Under the pieces are notes generated by a model. That model made no database searches. It saw nothing but the letters and a program-made list of their open reading frames with translations, and had not been told where the DNA came from. A stretch of DNA of 61,505 nucleotides, counting the filler, from Sphacelaria rigidula (taxonomy: Eukaryota): assembly GCA_964200075.2 (NCBI GenBank). It is 10 parts of 10 records of this genome, joined end to end, with 100 filler letters (N's around TTAATTAATTAA, not from the genome) between each part and the next. Parts side by side here need not be neighbours in the genome. Positions count along the whole stretch, not along the records: positions 36,966 to 43,025 come from CAXNAA020022504.1; positions 43,126 to 49,185 come from CAXNAA020022505.1; 8 more parts are not named here. The stretch is one strand, 5' to 3'. The number at the start of each line of letters is the position of its first letter. Position 1 is the stretch's first letter. This document shows, in pieces, positions 36,966-49,285 of this stretch. The translations under genes were made by a program, and so were the position numbers.

Positions 36966-37584
36966 GGTGGTTGGCCGGGTTATTGGTTAGGGTTCGCGCG
37001 ATTTTCTGTGGGCGTCCCGGCACATTACCCGACGAGATCAAGGGGGGGGGGGGGGGGGGGGTCAATTACGTAAGATAATCAAGAAAGGGGAGGGAATCCA
37101 AATATTGGGAGCACACAGACGCACACACTATTAATAGCGGGTACCCGGGGATAAGCCTAATGTAGCAACCGTCCGCATCCGAAATGGTACTAGAAACTAC
37201 TATATGGTTCATGTCTCACTCTACTGTCGCCATCGGTAATTTTTGAGGCGGCGGGAGGAGGGGAGCAGGCAAGGGGGGGGTGGACTCATGATCATGCATG
37301 CCATAGTCATCAGACCATTGACCTCGCAGCAGGCAGGGGGGGGGGGCTCAAGTTGTTTTCTCAAGTACGGAAAAATGTTCCGAAAACAAATCCCCGTCGG
37401 GTATAGCGTAATCATCGCATCGACTATTGAAACATTATCTCAAAGATGCAGGTGCATGGTAAGGCATCAACGTTAAAAAAATTCGAATGAAAAACAACAC
37501 AAAAATATACATTACAAATCATACACTTGTTTCTTCAACTACTCTAGGGTACGGTTCTGGACTGCAGTACAACTGTGCGCTCGC

Positions 37585-37715
37585 CTGAAGTAGGTCCAGG
37601 GGTGCGGGGTCCTGCCATTTTGAGTACCCAACACCTGCTCCAAAGCGAGCGCCGATAAAGTTATGACGTAGATGATCACGTATACCAGCACGAAAAACGC
37701 TCGCAGAACACTCAC
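37585..37715 (-). CDS. Possible membrane-protein exon (VSVLRAFFVLVYVIIYVITLSALALEQ...)
   Basis: Pyrimidine tract plus CAG, then a hydrophobic helix in phase 0. The 3' boundary is uncertain (GC donor at 37584 or a GT near 37634). Confidence 0.4.
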
Positions 37716-38359
37716 CTGTGGAGCATGACAAGAGGGTCACGCAGACACACATAATACGGTACGGGTGCGAATGACTGGTCAAGGGATACAGCTGATTAGT
37801 TGATAAACCTGCCTGCTACTGAGAGGATGTCTCGACCCGACAGATGCTTGTCCCAACAAATTGTTGTCTTTGGTGCTGTTGTCGTCGTTGTTGTTCTTCT
37901 GCTTGATCATCACATTAGCTCCCTTCCAGAAATCTAGCGCCCGTGGTCACAGAGCCATGGCACAAAAAAACAGACCACAAGGAAACAAACAAATAGTGAA
38001 GAAGTATGACACTACTACAGCGGAACCCAGGTATATTTCACTCACTAAATGTCACCACAGCAGCACAGCTAGCCAGCTTACCCCGCATGTTTCGTTCTTT
38101 CTGCAGAAGCAACAGCAGCAGCATTCGGCACGACGGCCCCGGCGCACACCCTCCGCTCCCGCGAGCTGCAGCAGAGGTCGGAATCTGTACCCGCAGTCGA
38201 TTATTCCAAACAGTGATGGCAGCAAAAAACATCCAAAACGGGGAAGACAGCGGTTAAAACATGCAGTGCAGCGCAGCACTTGTACAGCGCGGTACAGCTG
38301 GCGTATATACTGCAATATATATAAAACATCAGCTGGGTACACCGTGCGCTAGGTTATTT

Positions 38360-38692
38360 CTTCTTCTCTCGTCACACTTCCAACACCCTCCCTTCCTCGG
38401 AACGAGTCCGTGGTCTAATGGTCTACTAGTCTCAAGGTATCAACCCATCTAACATCCCCACGATACTCGCCCTGCATTTCGTTATGGCAGATTGGACCAG
38501 CACCCCCGCACCGCGTCAACTCCCATCAAACAAACTCAATCGACTATTTTTTGTCTACTCACACGCTGACGCCTTCAAGAGCGGACTGTGAACTTTCACG
38601 AAAAAAAACACAAACGAATTTCGCGAAAATTGAAACCGCGTTCTCTCCACCCAAATGCAGTAACACGGACCATTAGACCGCCGGGGCGCGGG
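38360..38692 (-). mobile_element. SINE family B copy
   Basis: Colinear with 11628-11934 (TTCCTCGG.ACGAGTCCGTGGTCT...CCGCACCGCGTCAACT...CTCTCCACCC). Confidence 0.75.
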
Positions 38693-39505
38693 GTCAGGTA
38701 CATATCCGAAATTCCGAAACGGGGGCACGATGCAGGCGATTGATTGGCGCGTTCGGTCCCGTACATTCATTCGCAACGAAATCTCTACCCGTGGCAACAA
38801 GAGAGCCATTGCTGTGTACCTTGCATTAATTGAGGGGCGAGATCTGCTAGAGAGAAAAGGCAAGAAGAGACACTAAATACACCTGACAAATGCGGTCATA
38901 CTACCACTTTGTCCATCAAGAAATTTATCGGAAATTTATGGTTTCCACATAACGCTAACCCTATCCTCAACCTCAATCCAGGGCAAACCAAGAACCGTCG
39001 GGCAGGAGGCGGTGCGAACGGTGCCCCAAGCAAATAGTGCGTTGGCAGACCTCAAAACGGCGCCCACGTTGTGGACAACAACGCGTACTTCGCACGCTTG
39101 GAGCACTCGGAACTATCAGTGCCACTAAAGATCCGAACATCGGTGTTCACACTCAAATCAAGTCATAGAAATTCCAAGAAAGTTCTTATCGACCAAGCGG
39201 TAATATCTACTGTGATGAGTAGACGCCGAAATAGGGAGGGTTGACTCACATTCGGATCCAGAAGTAACGGTTAAGGATGACCTATGTCTCACAACACAAA
39301 TAGCAAAAAGGGGGGGATCAACAACAGACAACAATAACAACGAAAAGCAGGAGGGAAGTGGGATCGTGACTGTTGTTGTTGTTGTTGTTGTCGTCGTCGT
39401 CGTTATTCAGTCTTCACAAAATAAACCGTTCCGATAACTGCACAGTACCTTCTATCTTCCGTACTGGGCATCTGATCCGGACGCCTTTCGTGGTCACACG
39501 ATGAC

Positions 39506-39670
39506 TAACCGTAACCGTAACCATAACCGTAACCGTAACCATAACCATAACCGTAACCGTAACCGTAACCGTAACCGTAACCGTAACCATAACCATAACC
39601 GTAACCGTAACCGTAACCGTAACCGTAACCGTAACCGTAACCATAACCGTAACCGTAACCGTAACCGTAA
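39506..39670. repeat. (TAACCG/TAACCA)n hexamer array, about 27 units
   Basis: Direct reading. Confidence 0.95.
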
Positions 39671-39682
39671 GGTCAGACTCAC

Positions 39683-39796
39683 CGCAGCCAGGAGTAGAGC
39701 ACATAGCATTCCCACGGCAAAGGGAATCGGGCTGTCGTAGTCCGGAGTCAGCAGCAAAATCTCCGCCAGCAAAAATAGAGAGATAAATATGCACGC
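39683..39796 (-). CDS. Probable membrane-protein exon (ACIFISLFLLAEILLLTPDYDSPIPFAVGMLCALLLAA)
   Basis: 114 nt, phase 0-0, branch-like CTGAC, CAG acceptor and GTGAGT donor; two hydrophobic segments. Confidence 0.55.
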
Positions 39797-41866
39797 CTGC
39801 GAAGCGGTCAGAATTAGACCAGCGATGTGCGCGCAAGAGTAACGACAATAACTCGTCACGCATTCGATCCGGGCATTCACAAGACGGTCGGGATTGCAAT
39901 GCGTGTTTGTCTTTCGGCCACCCCCGTGCCCCTAGGGTCATCAGGGTAGCCCATGGTAGCCCTTGCCCGCAAGGCCTGAGCTAGGATAATACAGGAGACA
40001 TGAACCTAGCCCCAACACTACCCCGGAAGATATACTTAGTACGGTCGATTCGGCGACGCATTGAGTCAATGACTGTCGCACACTGGATAGAATAGATGGG
40101 ACGACAACACACTAGCTGATGCGCTACGAATATATAACAGGGTTGTTTAACGGTAAAAGACCCAGGCGATTCAGTTTTTCGAGCTGAGTAACCCTAAGAT
40201 GTCAAACTTTGGGTGTTAAGACATTCTGCACCGCCTTCCGGGGTCTTCATGCTGGGATCCCCGGAAGCCGGTAGAGAACGGAGAAACTTCGAAATTTCGC
40301 CAAGAATATGACTTTTCCATTAGGAGCATCAATACCTACGGAACTGGCAAGTTTGAGGATGATCTGCATTTTTCTACAACAGATAAAAGGGAAATCGCCA
40401 CGAGGATCCCTCGACCTTTAGTACGTACGACGTATCGTGAGTGGAAATTAGACGACGCCAAAGCTCCACATCACCGAAACATGACGGTTTCGGGCAAAAT
40501 TCGACCCCGGTGGAACCATTTTCAAATCTGTTTCTCCCATTAGATTCCTGAGGTGTTGACGGTTACTACGATTTGAAGCATGTGTAGACTCGGTGGAAAT
40601 TGGGCTTGGGACTCGTGTTTTCAATTTCAGAACAATTAGAAAGGCGCTGATTGGTCTACACATATTTTTTGTCCATATCACCACTGCTACAGTCTTACAC
40701 AAAAATCCGGCTATGTCACCCTTTTCGTCTGTTCATTGCGGTCAGTATAATACCATGTATGGATGGCAGAATTGTGGGTCTTTTGTGTGAACCAGCCTGT
40801 AACCAATACCACACCCGGCCCGCTGTGATCAAGTACCTCTTGCACGCTGACGAAAGATTTTCGTTAGACAGCTGCATTACCGCATGCTGCCGCTACTTTG
40901 ATGTCAATTTGTACACTACCCGCTGATGTACATCATGTGTCCACTGCTGTCCACTGGAAACTACCGTAGGTTGCTCAAGATACCACACCCTCAGGAGCGA
41001 TTTTTGAAGCTCGATTACTTTCTCTCGACGATATGGTTGCAACGCCGCCCAGTTCAGCCCTAGCATCGCTTCTAGTGAGGAGGACGTGAGCTTTGAAAAT
41101 CTGTTTAGGGGATGTGGTATCTTATGCGACCTACAACATTGAGTGAGGGTGTCAGTGTGTCAGTGCACTACTCGGTCTTGTACACTGCGGTCATACCAAA
41201 ACAGCCGTATCGTATCGAATATCGATACTCGATACGTATCGTGTCATCTCCGGAATATCGACAAAAATGCGAGTATGGATATCGGGGGTTGTGGGTCGAT
41301 ATTCTAAGAATATCGTACGTATCGAACTTTGTTCTCGGTACGACATGCAACCCTGCTTCAGACCCCATGACTGAACCGGCCATCGACTCTCGTCGACACC
41401 GTAGGACCGTCCACACTCAGCACAGACAACAGATACTTTGGCACAGCCAACTAGCGAAGTGGTGCACATTGGCCCGAGCTATGCCCACATGGCATTGGGC
41501 TCGACCCGGTGATACCGTACAACAGAGATTAACCCGTGAGTAGCACGGTGTAGAAGCAGGTACAAAAGTCTGCTGGCGCGATTCGGTGGGGACACAGTTC
41601 ATCTGCACACTTGCCGCTTCCACGATGCAAGGAGGGAAAGTGGAAGATATCCCTCCATTTAAAACGGCTCTAAGTCTTCAGATATCAAGGTTTACGTATG
41701 AGGGACTAGGGTACCCCCCCGCCTTCACCGCAAAGTCAGTATAGCACTATTGTATACGCCACGGTAGATGGACCTGGTGAGCTGGCAAAGATCTGAGTCT
41801 CGCAACCCCATCAACCTCATATGTTGCTATCGCATCATTTTTCAATTGAAGATGAATGAAAGACAC

Positions 41867-42993
41867 CACACGCTGGACAGCGGGCACAATGGTAGTTCAT
41901 TGCTTCGGCAATAGACACGGGGAAAAATCTATCGAATTATATCATCGAACACGATAGATGGTGAAACACATCTTTTGGTATGCATTGCAAGGAACAGTAG
42001 ATTTTGCAACAGTGGATCGATAGCCTTTGGCAATTACATTAGATCAAGATCACTCGCCATCGATGAACATCGTGTATCGCAATAGATTCTGGGTTGTATA
42101 TATCGATAGCTATTGCCGTAATCAACAGGTTTGGCGAGCCATCCATCAATAGGTTTGGTGAGCCATCCATCGATAGTCATTGCCGTCATCATTAGATTGA
42201 GAGTGTTATCCATCTATACCTATTACCGCCATAAATAGATTTGGTGAGCCGTCTATCGGTAGCCTCTGCCGCCAACAATGCATTTCTTGGTATATACCAA
42301 TATGGGCATTGTCGTCAACAATCGAGTGCTCTCGGGAGCACCTATCGACAGCTAGTGACGCAAACAGTAGGCTTTAAAAAATATATTGCTCACTCCAGTG
42401 GTCTCATGATATCAATGGCAATACCCCCTACACATGAACACGCAACGACCTGAGGCGATAGCTGGCCATAGCTTCTGTTGAATAAGGCGGAAACATACAT
42501 CGAAAAATGCGCATACATAGCGCTAGTGATCGATGCCATTCAGCTGCTTTTGTCGTCAGCAAAAGATATTGGTGGCCGCGATTCAAATTGCACTGTCACC
42601 AGCGGTAACGGCTGGACCCCTGGGGGGTCAGTTAAAGTGCGACAATCAAATCAATCAGCGGTAGACATTGGTGGGCGCAATTGGTATCCTATTATGACCA
42701 ACAATATGTATTAGTGGTCGCGTGGTAGATCCTGTTGTGATTGGTAATGAACATTGGTGGCCACAATTCAGAGCCTTTTAAAACAAATAAAATGTATCGA
42801 TAGACAACTGAGCCCCTCCATTGTCACGGCAATGATACATCATGTCCCTTGTCCCGAATCTATTGTCGCCAACAATAGCTATCGATAGACGTTGATGCCC
42901 GTCGATTATGCCTGACAATGAACATTGACAGTCAAATTTTCGGGGCTACTGCAGCGCCAATGTTCTATTACATAGTCTATTGTCCAGGGTATA
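41867..42993. mobile_element. Family D non-autonomous TIR element, about 1.1 kb
   Basis: Ends CACACGCTGGACA and TGTCCAGGGTATA. 41867-42345 is the reverse complement of 55446-55857. Confidence 0.7.
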
Positions 42994-43025
42994 AGCACAT
43001 CTCACCCACACACAAAAGTACTGTA

Positions 43026-43125
43026 NNNNNNNNNNNNNNNNNNNNNNNNNNNNNNNNNNNNNNNNNNNNTTAATTAATTAANNNNNNNNNNNNNNNNNNN
43101 NNNNNNNNNNNNNNNNNNNNNNNNN
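43026..43125. other. Artificial contig spacer
   Basis: N44-TTAATTAATTAA-N44. Confidence 0.98.
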
Positions 43126-44463
43126 ACACAACACACAAGATAGAGAAAGAAAACATACCCGGTGACACGGGGGAGAGGGAAGGGGGGAGGGGGGGGGGGG
43201 GGGGGGGGGGGGCTTTGCGTGATACATAATCTACATACTCGTTGTATTCCACTACTAAAACCGGAATTTCTCACCAAGCGTGAGACAAGTGATGCAAGGC
43301 TGCCTTCTGTAAAATATACACCCAGAAGTGGGGATTTCGATATCGAACATTCCGATATGCCTCGGAATAGCATTTGCCAATATCATTAATTCCTCCTTCA
43401 TACTTCTGTGAGTACTCTATTTGCATCCTGCATACAAAAAAAAAGCGCGGAAGCAACGAACGACAGAGTGAGCACTCATGCTAGCAGTCACACCAAAACG
43501 GCAGCAGCGAAAGCGGTGACAAGGCACGACCATTGCATGAGACCCCTGTTTCAATCTAGCTGAAAAAACAAACAATGAAGCGTGGAGAAGCACCGCCCTC
43601 GCGTTCAGTATTTTGTCGAACCAAGCGAACGGGCCAATAGGAAAGCGAGGCAGAGCAAGAGCGTGCCATCGGGCAGTCCTCTTTATCATGCTGAACGAGA
43701 ACACTAGAGCACGTGATAGCACCGCAATCTTGGAACAAGAATTCGTCTGAAAAAAAAATACTTGCTTTCGGTGTGATTGTCAGTCCTTGGGCTTTTTCTG
43801 CAGTGTTGCATCCCAGGTACGCGAGGACCCTAGCTAAGTACGTGGAATGGCGCAAAATTTGCCTGGGGACGTTTATGACCCACGGTCAGCTATTTTTTCT
43901 CCATTTCGATCACCCAGGCCTCAGAGTCGTGAATTCGGTTAATTGAACCAGCGAAGACTCGCTCGTTCCTTGAATCTCTCCATCAACCTATAGTCCGAAT
44001 CCGAACCCGGACCCGAACCGGGACTTGAAATGACGAATGGATTGGCGCCAGAAAAGTGCACTAAACGCAATCGGCCAGACACAACATAGCACACAAAGAC
44101 ACAACACAACACCTGTATGCTGCATCGGTTGCCTACGCTTTCCCCCCCCCCCCGTCTCCAGCAGACAGGAAGGAACCTTTCGCGATGCACTTGGCTATTT
44201 CTCGTTTCGTGCGATGCACTCGAGTGCACTCCACCCGCCGTACCTTTCGTACCCAGGCCTTAGGCTAGGTAGTCATTATGGGTCGGATGTACGGATAAGC
44301 ACCAAGGTGGGAGTACCCCCCCCATCCACGTAGTGTCGAACTTGGAAGGAGGATGTTCCTCACCGAGCAAACCTCCCACAATGTCCCCCAGCTCGACTCT
44401 GTACACGTGTTACCCTATTCATCCGGGCGTCGGTCCTCAGGGTTGCCTACGGTTTACCCGCAC

Positions 44464-44577
44464 CTGGAACTGCTCCCGTTCCGTGCCGGGCAAAAATCCC
44501 AGTTCCTGTATCTTCTGGACATTGTCCTCCACCTTCCTCAAACAGACCGTCTGCTTGCCCATCAGCCGGTCCTTGCG
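44464..44577 (-). CDS. SMC3: Cohesin SMC3 exon (RKDRLMGKQTVCLRKVEDNVQKIQELGFLPGTEREQFQ)
   Basis: Matches the SMC3 KIRELGSLP motif; 114 nt, phase 0-0. Confidence 0.85.
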
Positions 44578-44684
44578 CTGTTTTTTTTTTTTCATGAGGA
44601 ATTATTTCGGGCAGCATGTTTTGGCGAAGCGAAGAAGCGGAAGGCAAGGCGGCGTGTGTTTTCGGCGGGAAAACCAAAGGAAAT

Positions 44685-44787
44685 GTGACTATTGATATTA
44701 ACTACTGACCCTTTTGGAACCGTTGACGGAAAAGTGACTATTGATATTAACTACTGACCCTTTTGGAACCGTTGACGGAAAAGTGAC
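44685..44787. repeat. Exact 49-bp tandem duplication
   Basis: GTGACTATTGATATTAACTACTGACCCTTTTGGAACCGTTGACGGAAAA starts at 44685 and 44734. Confidence 0.95.
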
Positions 44788-45614
44788 GATTTACAATTGA
44801 CGTTTTCTTGGGCAAGATACGGTTGTGTTTCTACAAGTGTTGATGATGAAGCCCATCAAAACGGTGCACCACTCTAAGTTCAAGTATACTAATGTGACAG
44901 ATTCGTGCACCCAACTCCAAGTGACGTTTCCCCGGTGACGAAAGTTCGCATAAGGGACTCTGTACTGTTTTTCGCGGGCTCCAAAAGGAGGGTTAAAATG
45001 GCATCCATGATGCTATTTAAACAACAAAAATAGGTGAAAAAAACAAACAAACGTTAAGGATGTATTGGGGAGGGTAAATACCGGACGGGTTTTTTCTCTC
45101 CCGAATTTTCTCGTGTTGCGATGATCCGATCTTCAACATCTATCCATACATTGGGGATCGTTAGGTGCGATCGCATTACTTTACCCAATATCTCGGTATT
45201 GGCGAGTATGATCTCAATACTCCGCCCAAGGTTTTGGGGACTTACAGTACCGACTTTTCGAACTACCCAGATGTAGGAAACATCCTACCCAGCACACCCT
45301 TGAAAATTCATTTGTGGCGCATCAAGTGCAATCGTAACAACAAAGACAGAAATATGTATGTATAGTATTTGATCTGAATGGAAGATCAAGGTATATTGTT
45401 CGGTGCACACTCAACGTGGTACAACAACTGACAGTACAAGGCAGAAAAAGCTTCAGTACAACAAAACTCCGGTACATACAGTTGTCACTGCCCATCAAGA
45501 AGTGTGAGTGAAGTGTGTACGTGAGGTAGAGAGACGGAGGGAGAGCACGTCTCGTGTATCCCTTCAGTACCAACAGCACACACATGAATGCATGCAGTCA
45601 AAAAGTTGTACGAT

Positions 45615-45795
45615 GAAAAATAAAAATAAAAAGGCAAGCACCGCAAAAGGAAGGTGGAGTACTAAAAACAAACAACAAAGAAAAAGCTTCTGTGTTGACC
45701 TTCCTTCTGTGTGACCCCTCCCTGCTGGTGCGCCCACATATACCGAAAGGTGTACACCGGCGTCCAGAATAGATGGGACAACACACAACACACAC
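45615..45795 (+). mobile_element. SINE family A 3' half in an SMC3 intron
   Basis: GCAAGCACCGCA...GCGCCCACATATACCGAAAGGTGTA...GAATAGATGGGACAACAC. Confidence 0.8.
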
Positions 45796-46249
45796 AATGT
45801 ATACACATGAACTATATCCACCCCTCTTTTTTCTTCATTTCCTCAAACCCCCCCTTCCACCCCCCGCTCCCTGGAACGAGTCGGCAGTCTCAGAGGATTG
45901 GCCCATCACTCATCCCCGTGCGTCAACCTGCCTTGCTATTCATCATCAAGCAGTGTATCATGACCTTTCATCGTCTAATTCTCACCACTCCATCCAAAAC
46001 TGGTCGGTCAATTACCACTTTGGTGGCCACCGAGACACTCTGTAGTCAACGATTATTTGATTGATTGATTGTCGCACATGAACTGATACCCGACTATTTT
46101 GTCACCCTCTTTCATGTGACCACGGCTGGATCCCCGGGGGGTCAAATAAAGTGCGACAACCAATCAAAATCAATAAAATATTTCAGGAATGGAGAAAAAT
46201 ATGAGATACGTATCTCACTCATGCCAAAAAAAGCAAAAGGCGAACGTAC

Positions 46250-46330
46250 CTTGTTTTCCTCTTCCCAGTTTTCTACGAGACGGGCCTCTTCCACCCTCGA
46301 GCTCTCCAACTCTCGGCGCACCGTTTCCAT
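46250..46330 (-). CDS. SMC3: SMC3 coiled-coil exon (METVRRELESSRVEEARLVENWEEENK)
   Basis: 81 nt, phase 0-0, CAG and GTACG boundaries; position fits between the flanking SMC3 exons. Confidence 0.8.
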
Positions 46331-46477
46331 CTGGGCACGCAATAAAAAGAGGGGAGGGAGGAGAAACCACCGTGAAACAGAAAAGAAAAAAAAACGGCAA
46401 TGGGACTGATGCGCAACAGAGTTTTATCTGGAAAAAAATAAGGATAGACCAGAAGGACAATCGGCCTGTACATACAT

Positions 46478-46680
46478 ATGACACACACCACTGGAGTATG
46501 ACACACACTAAAGTACAGCACAACCACCGGAGTATGAGACAAACTGGAAGTACAGCATAATCACTAGAGTATGATACACATCACTGGACCATGTCACAAT
46601 CACGGGGAGTATGAGACACTGGAAGTACAACATGAACACTAGAGTACAATACAACGGAGCACAGCACAAATACTGGCATG
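46478..46680. repeat. Degenerate minisatellite (CACTGGAGTATGA..CACTGGAAGTACA units)
   Basis: Recurring GAGTATGA and AGTACA motifs at roughly 35-40 bp spacing. Confidence 0.7.
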
Positions 46681-46732
46681 CAACACATGCACACAGGAAA
46701 ACTACGCACGTACTAGAGTATATATAACTCAC

Positions 46733-46921
46733 CTTCTCTCTCTGGCTTGCCGTTTGTGCGTCAAGCTCCTCGACCGCCTGCCTGAGCACCTCCAACCTTC
46801 GTCCGGTCATAGACAGCTCCTCGCGAAGCTGTGCCAACTTTTCCAGCCTCTCCTCTGCCTCCCCCGCCCTCGCGCTGCCCCCAATACCTCCCTTGTCAGG
46901 ATCCAACAGCTCACGCACTTC
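46733..46921 (-). CDS. SMC3: SMC3 coiled-coil exon (EVRELLDPDKGG...DAQTASQREK)
   Basis: 189 nt, phase 0-0, CAG and GTGAGT boundaries; heptad-rich. Confidence 0.8.
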
Positions 46922-47126
46922 CTGTTCCCCTCGCCCGTAAGTTACATTTGACCACACGGAGAGGACAGACCCGGAGGTCCTCGTCAGCACATCAGCGCAC
47001 TTTTGGCATGCTTGACGATAGATCGATAGATCGATAGATCGATAGATCGGAAAGGTAAGGTACACGAAAAAATCTTCATCAATGCGAAGACGGGCGTGGA
47101 TGAGGCGTCCACGTCGTACTTATTAT

Positions 47127-47778
47127 CAGGGATATGCATGGAGCACAATCCGCTCCACGGTGCGGATTTTGTTTTTTAACCTCACGGAGCGGATATCCGG
47201 CCTTGATCATGCCACGGAACGGAGCGATTTTTCGAATATGGTACAGAGCGGAGCGGATATCCGCTAGTGAGAAAAATCACGGATTGTCACGGAACGGATA
47301 TCCGCCCGCTACAAAAGCACGGATTATTGCGGAGCGGATGTCCGTAGCACGGATTTTTTTCAAGGAGCGATTTGTCCCCCTCCGTGGAACAAAGCGCACG
47401 AACCGCGGCATTTTCCCACAGCGCACCGTGGTAATAATCTGTTGAAATGACTTGGTTATCCGCGAAAATTGTATGGATATCAACGGATAAATGCGAAGAA
47501 GTACGAAAGGAGTCATTTTGCTGGGACTTCCAGATGCTGGACAGGGGGGGCGGCTGTAATCCATACGGAGCTGAGCGGATTTTTTCAGTTGTCACAGAGC
47601 GCAGCGGATATCCGTACATCGGAAAACTCACGGATTATTGCGGAGCAGATATCCGCTTGTGAGAAAAGTCACGGAACGGATATCCGCCCCCTACGAAGGC
47701 CACGGAGCGGTGCGGTTTGACAAACCGCACCGTAGTAATCCACTCCGCGGATTTATTCTTAATCCGTACACATCCCTG
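47127..47778. mobile_element. hAT-like MITE with CAGGG termini and internal GCGGATATCCG repeats
   Basis: CAGGGATATGCATGGA versus reverse complement CAGGGATGTGTACGGA (13/16). 8-bp flanks CTTATTAT and CTAATCAT (6/8). Confidence 0.7.
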
Positions 47779-48526
47779 CTAATCATGCTAGTACGGGTTC
47801 TGTGTGCATGTGACCCATCAATATTTTCAAGGTGGACGATTCTTTCATAACCCGCGCTAGCAAGATAACTAGATGTCTAGTGTGGATGACAATCCTCAAC
47901 AGAAAATATTTTTCAAAAAATGAAAAACATGAAATGGGGCCCGCACGACCTCTGCGATTTCGTATCTGTGTGAAACCGTTTTTGTTCAGCCTTGTGTGAT
48001 GTTGATAAAACGCAGAAAATCTGAAGCCCTGCTTGAATCAATTGCCTAGAGCAGGCGTTTATCGACCAAGATATTGTCAAAAGACGCAAGGACCGACGTT
48101 ACTGCTCCCTGTAGTTGTCGACAGAGATCGAGGATGATGAGCAAAATTTCTCGTATTATGTGGTACCTGGTTGAACAAACTCATCACCGATGGGGGGGGG
48201 GGTGTTATTCTCCATAGTATACAGTAAACTGCAAGGCGCTCTGCTGTTACTGTATCATGGCAAAAACATGAAAAACCCCGTGCTACGCAACTTGATGACA
48301 AGTATACACAAGTATGTACACATATGATGTATCATACATATTCATCACAGTACATTCAAAAAAATTCCGTTTCATTTCTTGATGGTCCGTGCCGAAGTTA
48401 AGGTAAACTTCACACGTTATCAATCAACCCCCCCGAATCACTTACTACTCTGTAAATACGCACGACTTTCTACATTAGTGCTAGAGCCCGTGCCAGTGTT
48501 AGTAGTAGTGTTTATTTTCCGTCAAT

Positions 48527-48595
48527 GTTCGTATTCGTATTCGTATTCGTATTCGTATTCATATTAGTATTAGTATCCGTATTAGTATTAGTATC
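48527..48595. repeat. (TATTCG)n to (TATTAG)n hexamer microsatellite
   Basis: Direct reading. Confidence 0.85.
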
Positions 48596-48785
48596 AGTGT
48601 CGGTGTCTGTGTTAGTTTGATTGATTGATCGATTGATTGATTGTCGCACTTTAGTTGATCTCCAAGGGGTCCAGCCGTGGTCTCATGATAGACGTACTCA
48701 AGAAAAACGAAATTCGAACACGCTCTAAGGAAAAAAAAAATGTTTGTTAGAAATAGTATTTTTCTACTTTTTTTCAGTGACCAAC

Positions 48786-48950
48786 CTCGCGCCGCTTGAG
48801 GAGGTTCCCGATGAGCGATGTCAGTCGCGTCTTCGCACTGGCTGCCATTTCTAACGCGTCGAACTCCGTCTTCAGCCGAGCGTTTAGCGCCGGGATGGTG
48901 GAGGTGTTGAGGTCGTGCAGGGTCCGCTGGTCGTCCTCTGTTAGTGTGGT
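48786..48950 (-). CDS. SMC3: SMC3 exon (TTLTEDDQRTLHDLN...LIGNLLKRRE)
   Basis: Aligns by eye with SMC3 LSxEDQxxxxxLN...NLxKR. The AAG acceptor is uncertain. Confidence 0.75.
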
Positions 48951-49185
48951 CTTGGTTATATATTCCGTCGTTTCGTCATGATCCATGTTGAGCATTCAAC
49001 GTCGTGAGTGATCCAACATTGTATCGTTGCCGTTTTGGCGTGGACCATTGAATGGTCATGATGCAGCGTTGTCGCGCAGAGGGACGAGCAAGAGAAAGCG
49101 TCGGGAACAAAGGAGGGCAGAGGTGAGTAGTGGGGAGGGGGGGAGGGGGGGGGGGGGGGTGGACCGTTTGAGCCACCCGGAAAGG

Positions 49186-49285
49186 NNNNNNNNNNNNNNN
49201 NNNNNNNNNNNNNNNNNNNNNNNNNNNNNTTAATTAATTAANNNNNNNNNNNNNNNNNNNNNNNNNNNNNNNNNNNNNNNNNNNN
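49186..49285. other. Artificial contig spacer
   Basis: N44-TTAATTAATTAA-N44. Confidence 0.98.

Noticed and set aside
39414..39941. ORFs with VT, RL or RN dipeptide repeats
   Set aside because: They are translations of the intronic hexamer microsatellite.
44685..44787. 49-bp duplication as a functional element
   Set aside because: Exact two-copy intronic duplication, consistent with simple slippage or a local mis-assembly.
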